Source of the DNA: an uncultured archaeon
GTDB lineage: Archaea > Asgardarchaeota > Thorarchaeia > Thorarchaeales > CAZPUN01
Length of the DNA stretch: 32,000 bases
Direction: 5' to 3'
Assembly (NCBI GenBank): GCA_964589775.1
Contig: CAZPUN010000033.1
Coordinates: 1 to 32,000, forward strand
Positions 27,459 through 32,000 of this stretch are shown here, piece after piece. The notes below the pieces were generated by a model, which saw only the letters and a program-made list of their open reading frames with translations, was not told the origin of the DNA and did not search any database. Position 1 is the stretch's first letter. Each line of letters opens with the position of its first letter. Both the position numbers and the translations under genes were made by a program.

Positions 27459-27592
27459 TATATTCACCTTCTAAGCTATCGTTAGAACGTAGCAGCGTAT
27501 ATTATTATAGGAAAGAGGTGATATATATTATTTTCTTCAAATAACTTATAAGCGGCTTATAAAAAAGAGAAAAAAGGGATTTTAAATATAAA

Positions 27593-29782
27593 TTATCGCC
27601 TTTTGATTTTTATTAATACAATGATTGCAGAAATAGCAGCAATCGCCAATATTCCATACAACAGAGGCGTAGGCATTTGTGCTACTGGTTCACCTTGTAC
27701 AGTATATGTTGCACTTTGTACAGCATTATCCATTATATCCAGTGCTAATATGTAATAACTAAGTGTATAGTTTTCAGATACGGGTGGCACTTTAAGTTCC
27801 CAATGATCTCCTTTGTTATCCATAAGTATTTTTGTTTCATGCTCATAGGGAGTTGTAATAACGACATAAACCGCATAAACAGCAGTTTCATTATCACGAA
27901 CAACTGCACAAATTGTAAATCCATCAGAAACTTTGGGATGCTCGGGTATGGTATATACTGAGACTATTTGAGGTGCATAATGGTCGTCCCACATTTTGTT
28001 AAGCAACAGGTATTGCTCATAAGCTTGCTTCGCATAGAGCACTGCAGCAGTGTAATTCATCTTGAAGAAATAATAATCAGACATTGTCAAACTTTCATTA
28101 ATTTCATTTAGCTGGCGTTCGATCGGTGATATATATGGACCAGCGCCGTGCAAATCAACCATGACACTAAGACCGTGTTTCACTTCACCATAATACCAAT
28201 TAGCATATTGTCGCTTTAACCAATCCTGATAAAATGAATTATATTTTACAGCAGTAGTAAAGTAGCCCATTGAGCCGTCTGTGAAGTCTGCCGCCATATG
28301 GCCATAAGTCCAGGGATGCCCAAGACCAAGGTTATGACCAGTCTCATGAATTAGAACATGACTTATTCCAGATTTTGGAGTCACACCGTCCGGCATGTAG
28401 TATCGGTCTCTCGATTTTAGAATGATTGTCTGACCGCCACCGCCTAAACCTGTAAAGTTGCCAAGACCTGTAATCACCATTGTTAATTTAGAACGCACAA
28501 TGATGATACTAGTAACTACTAAATCTGCCCGATTTAGATCAAATATTTCGCCTCGCAAGGCATATAATTTGTTGAACAAACTATTTCCATCGATCATCCA
28601 CCAATCAGGATCATTACTTGGAAGTTTTGATTCATTGACCTGTTCATAGATCATGGGATAATCTTCAATATCACCAAGGGTTACATCCATGGACCAATTT
28701 ACGAAAGGTAATGCGTCATATAATGGTCCCAATAGTCGCTTGGGATTCGTAAGCCATCGGAGTTCATTTGCAGTATGACCACTCTTTTTGTCTCCATTCA
28801 GAATAAGAGTTTGAATAGATATTGAATCTTTAACAGGTGTTGCCCAATTATGCTGCCCAGCAAATAAAGGTCCTACAAGATCATTTATCCACCGACCTAA
28901 ATAATTGGCAAGTGCATCCTGACCCGCAGAGGTAGATAAATTATACGAACGTTGAATGTCATCTAGGTCATGGAAGAAATATGTTGGACATTTAGAATAT
29001 TCATAAACATTACTCCACCATATTGCGCCCCATTTCAAATACCATTGCGTTGCGGATGGGTCCAAAATGTATACACGCCCATTTCCACCAATACCGGGAT
29101 ATGTATATTTGACATCAGGATTTAATGCATTGTCCCATTCTAATCTGAACCAATTCACTGTTCGATTAGAGTCAGGATCTTTAGTAGCATAAGTAAACCA
29201 ATGTTCCCAGCTATGGTCTGGTGAATCCCATTCAGAGTAATTCAGGATATAAATTGTATATCCATTTGTAGGAGGCTTTACCAACGGATGCTCAATAAAA
29301 TAGTTTTCGATTTTCGTTGCATTTATGGAAATACCATTTTGTGGTAAAAATATGGAACGAGGTACGCCGTCATTTCGCTGAGCCCATAGTGCAGTTTCAT
29401 TAAGCTTTGAACCAGTTCCAGTTGCATTTATAGAGTTATTTAGCAAAAGGGAGCCAATATAAGATTTCATACTACTATTCATAAAGATATATTGAAAATC
29501 AAAATTTATCCTTAGAGTCCAATTTGGGTATAACGATTGCATATATGAGTGCTCTAAATATGAATCTAGTCGCGAAGTGTTCATAACATTAGAATCCCAG
29601 CCAATAAAGGCAATTTTGACCGTCATATCATTTACTCGTGAATAAATTGATGAGGAAATTGATTTATTTTCTTCCAATTGAGAAGTATGAATTGAATTTG
29701 TGTTTAGAGTGTTTAATGGAATAATAGGTAAAATAAACAGAAATATAACCAAAAAAGTAATTCGTCCTCTCACTTTTATCAC
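27593..29782 (-). CDS. Secreted, C-terminally membrane-anchored zinc metalloprotease (metzincin)
   Basis: Signal peptide, then HETGHNLGLGH (HExxHxxGxxH) and a downstream Met-turn GSMGY. An Ig-like C-terminal domain leads to TM LLYGILAIAAISAIIVLI and KIKRR. Confidence 0.87.
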   Translation of the reverse strand: MIKVRGRITFLVIFLFILPIIPLNTLNTNSIHTSQLEENKSISSSIYSRVNDMTVKIAFIGWDSNVMNTSRLDSYLEHSYMQSLYPNWTLRINFDFQYIFMNSSMKSYIGSLLLNNSINATGTGSKLNETALWAQRNDGVPRSIFLPQNGISINATKIENYFIEHPLVKPPTNGYTIYILNYSEWDSPDHSWEHWFTYATKDPDSNRTVNWFRLEWDNALNPDVKYTYPGIGGNGRVYILDPSATQWYLKWGAIWWSNVYEYSKCPTYFFHDLDDIQRSYNLSTSAGQDALANYLGRWINDLVGPLFAGQHNWATPVKDSISIQTLILNGDKKSGHTANELRWLTNPKRLLGPLYDALPFVNWSMDVTLGDIEDYPMIYEQVNESKLPSNDPDWWMIDGNSLFNKLYALRGEIFDLNRADLVVTSIIIVRSKLTMVITGLGNFTGLGGGGQTIILKSRDRYYMPDGVTPKSGISHVLIHETGHNLGLGHPWTYGHMAADFTDGSMGYFTTAVKYNSFYQDWLKRQYANWYYGEVKHGLSVMVDLHGAGPYISPIERQLNEINESLTMSDYYFFKMNYTAAVLYAKQAYEQYLLLNKMWDDHYAPQIVSVYTIPEHPKVSDGFTICAVVRDNETAVYAVYVVITTPYEHETKILMDNKGDHWELKVPPVSENYTLSYYILALDIMDNAVQSATYTVQGEPVAQMPTPLLYGILAIAAISAIIVLIKIKRR

Positions 29783-29867
29783 GAGCTTCGAAATTACAAA
29801 ACAAGAATATAAAACTAACCTTCTAAGTATTTGTAGAAAGCTTCAAAATAATAATAGAAGGCAATCT

Positions 29868-30569
29868 CTATGTACGTGCTTTCGATTTTAAGTCTTCAGC
29901 ATGCGTTAGGCAAGTCTGCGCTTCGCTATGCCTTCCAAGTTTGTTTAGAGCATTTGCCATATATACCCAAAGTTCAGGATTATCTGTATCTAATTTTAAT
30001 GCCTCATTGATAGTGATAATGGCTTCTGAGGAGCGTCCAAGTTCGATCAGAGCAATGCTCTTATGAACGAGTGCTTCAATATTTTTTGGTTCAACTTCTA
30101 AAACTTTATTGAAATACTCTAATGCTTCTTCATTGCGACCCAAAACTGCTAAAATTTCTGCTTTCCTCAACATGAATTTTACATCACAACACTCGTAGGA
30201 TTCTAAAGTGTTTATGGATTCCAGAGCTCGTAAGTAATTATTTTGTACAATTTTTCGCGGTGCATTTTCTTTGCGAGACATATTTGCGATTTCAAAATAT
30301 GCTACAGCTAATAGCTTAAGCCCTAGAATTGAATCCGGCTCGAGCTCCAATGCGTGAATAAAATCTTCAATAGCTCCACCGTAATCTCCAAGAGCTCTAT
30401 TAGCCTGACCACGAATTAGATAAAATTCACTATCAAATTTATGAACGACCAACATGGCATTCTCTAATATCTTTAATGCCTCTTTTGGGTGATCATTATA
30501 TAATTCCAGTTTTGCTTGTTGAAGTATTCGGGCGTATTCAACTTTATTCGGGCTTTCAGCTCGCGTCAT
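29868..30569 (-). CDS. Tetratricopeptide repeat protein
   Basis: Repeated TPR consensus: RGQANRALGDYGGAIEDFIHALELEPD, KAEILAVLGRNEEALEYFNKVLEVEPKN and KSIALIELGRSSEAI. Confidence 0.92.
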   Translation of the reverse strand: MTRAESPNKVEYARILQQAKLELYNDHPKEALKILENAMLVVHKFDSEFYLIRGQANRALGDYGGAIEDFIHALELEPDSILGLKLLAVAYFEIANMSRKENAPRKIVQNNYLRALESINTLESYECCDVKFMLRKAEILAVLGRNEEALEYFNKVLEVEPKNIEALVHKSIALIELGRSSEAIITINEALKLDTDNPELWVYMANALNKLGRHSEAQTCLTHAEDLKSKART

Positions 30570-30724
30570 CTGATAATATCCCCATACAATAATTGCGAAT
30601 ACTGAGATAGATGCCTTTAAAAAGTTTCACTTTTTATCTATATTTTGAAATAAAGAAGCGAATTGTTTATTAGATAGATATACAATTAAAAATATTAAAT
30701 ATGAGGAAGAGAGAAGTGGTATAA

Positions 30725-30874
30725 ATGGTTGGCGAGATAGTTAGTTTAGCCCAACTTGTCATAGGCTGGTTTCTAAACATTAGAATTGTAATATCAGCCA
30801 CAGGAGTACCACTACTAAGCAAAGGTCCTATAATGCTAATTAGTTTATTATTGTATCTACACAAACGAAAATAA
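30725..30874 (+). CDS. Putative small membrane protein, 49 aa, below the ORF-track cutoff
   Basis: ATG 30725 to TAA 30874 encodes MVGEIVSLAQLVIGWFLNIRIVISATGVPLLSKGPIMLISLLLYLHKRK. A purine-rich gaagtggt lies upstream and a T-tract lies downstream. Confidence 0.4.
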   Translation: MVGEIVSLAQLVIGWFLNIRIVISATGVPLLSKGPIMLISLLLYLHKRK

Positions 30875-30964
30875 TTCTATTTTTTTATTAGACACGAATT
30901 TTTTCGAAAACGGAATTATTAAAAGTATCAAATGGCATGCTAATTTTAGATTGCTTAAACAGCT

Positions 30965-30971
30965 GAGGTGA
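30965..30971 (+). promoter_or_regulatory. Shine-Dalgarno GAGGTGA
   Basis: Lies 4 nt before ATG 30976. Confidence 0.7.
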
Positions 30972-30975
30972 TTCT

Positions 30976-32000
30976 ATGAGCGACCTCACGCAATTTAGTC
31001 ACGATAGAATTTCTATTGACAAAGAAAAAATGAATGAAATAATATCACAATTAGAAAAAATTGTTGGCAAAAACGATGTTGCATCAGATCCATCTCAGAT
31101 TTACGCTTATTCAATGGATGCCTCAATTCATAGAGAACTACCACATGTAATTGTACGACCGGAGTCAGCTCAAGAAGTTAGTGAAATTCTCAAATTGGCA
31201 AATAAATACATCATACCAGTTATTCCAAGAGGTGCGGGAACTTCCCTCTCCGGACATGCTACGCCATGGCGAGGCGGAATCGTATTAGATATGATGAAAA
31301 TGAATAAAATTAAAGAGATCAACATTCAAAATCTCTGGGTCGTAGTAGAACCAGGTGTTGTATTCGATGACCTAAATAGAGAACTCGCAAAATACGGCTT
31401 TATGTTCCCGACAGGACCGGGAAGCGGAGATACTTGTACAATTGGAGGCATGGTTGCAGTAAACGCCTCAGGAATTAGAGCTCTGAAATATGGAGCAACT
31501 CGAGATTTTGTACTCGCGATGGAAGTAGTTATGCCAACCGGAGAAATAATAAGAACAGGTTCTAAAACACTAAAGAATTCTTCCGGATATCAAATTGCAA
31601 AGTTAATGGTAGGTTCCGAGGGAACATTAGGCGTTATAACAGAGATCACATTAAGAATTGTACCGATACCCGAAGCTGAAGCAACGATCCTTGCCGCATT
31701 TAAGACAACTAAGGATGCAGGAAAGGCAATTGCAGCTATTGTTAAGGCAGGGCTAATCCCAGCCAAAATGGATATAATGGGCTTAACAACAATTCAAGCA
31801 GTAAATAAGGCATATGATATTGGATTACCCGAAGTACAAGGGCTATTACTCATTGACGTTGATGGAACAAAAGAGGAAGTCGAACGCCATCTTCATGAAA
31901 TTGCAGAAATATGTAAGAAAATGGACCCTGTAGAACTAAAAATGTCCAAAGATCCTGAGGAGCGAGAGAGGATCTGGGCAGGCCGTAAAGCAGTGTTACC
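30976..32000 (+). CDS. FAD-linked oxidoreductase, GlcD/D-2-hydroxyacid (glycolate/D-lactate) dehydrogenase family, truncated at the window end
   Basis: Not in the ORF track because it has no stop in the window. It reads MSDLTQFSH...LPHVIVRPESAQEVSEIL...PRGAGTSLSG...VEPGVVF...CTIGGMVAVNASG..ALKYGATRDFVL...GSEGTLGVITEITLR...IWAGRKAVL and stays open to base 32000. Confidence 0.92.
   Translation, partial: MSDLTQFSHDRISIDKEKMNEIISQLEKIVGKNDVASDPSQIYAYSMDASIHRELPHVIVRPESAQEVSEILKLANKYIIPVIPRGAGTSLSGHATPWRGGIVLDMMKMNKIKEINIQNLWVVVEPGVVFDDLNRELAKYGFMFPTGPGSGDTCTIGGMVAVNASGIRALKYGATRDFVLAMEVVMPTGEIIRTGSKTLKNSSGYQIAKLMVGSEGTLGVITEITLRIVPIPEAEATILAAFKTTKDAGKAIAAIVKAGLIPAKMDIMGLTTIQAVNKAYDIGLPEVQGLLLIDVDGTKEEVERHLHEIAEICKKMDPVELKMSKDPEERERIWAGRKAVL

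Noticed and set aside
22484-29891. Small overlapping ORFs (22484-22723, 23215-23418, 23448-23648, 24138-24344, 24585-24860, 25166-25360, 26819-27154, 28458-28649, 29700-29891)
   Set aside because: They overlap well-supported genes in other frames or strands and show no motifs or clear SD support.
30670-30864. 64-aa minus-strand ORF from the track
   Set aside because: It has no SD or motif, and the opposite-strand ORF 30725-30874 has better flanking signals.
1-32000. tRNA, rRNA, CRISPR arrays, IS elements or integrases
   Set aside because: No GC-rich structured RNA blocks, regularly spaced repeats, terminal inverted repeats or transposase motifs were seen by eye. A tRNAscan-SE or Infernal run would be needed to exclude small RNAs.

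Overview
AT-rich archaeal DNA. Evidence: GGTGA/GAGGTG Shine-Dalgarno sites, oligo-T terminators and a geranylgeranyl reductase. The protein styles suggest an Asgard archaeon (Thorarchaeia-like); this is inferred from recalled family patterns, not from a search. Half the window (6127-21751, minus strand) is a tandem pair of paralogous ~2600-aa single-pass surface proteins separated by 4 nt. Each has a signal peptide, a CBM/jelly-roll-like head, about 17-18 collinear Ig-like modules rich in N-x-S/T sequons, one TM helix and a conserved ~185-aa cytoplasmic helical tail. Downstream on the same strand is a probable 7TM protein with a longin/roadblock-like domain that may start at ATA. Converging on these is a GNAT / geranylgeranyl reductase / MOP flippase operon. 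The right part holds a class I (bacterial/eukaryotic-type) GAPDH overlapping an MFS gene tail-to-tail, an orphan OppD/DppD ATPase, a double wHTH/AsnC regulator with an extra N-terminal domain, a membrane-anchored metzincin, a TPR protein, small ORFs and a truncated GlcD-type FAD oxidoreductase. No rRNA, tRNA, CRISPR array or IS element was recognised. All family calls come from reading motifs by eye.
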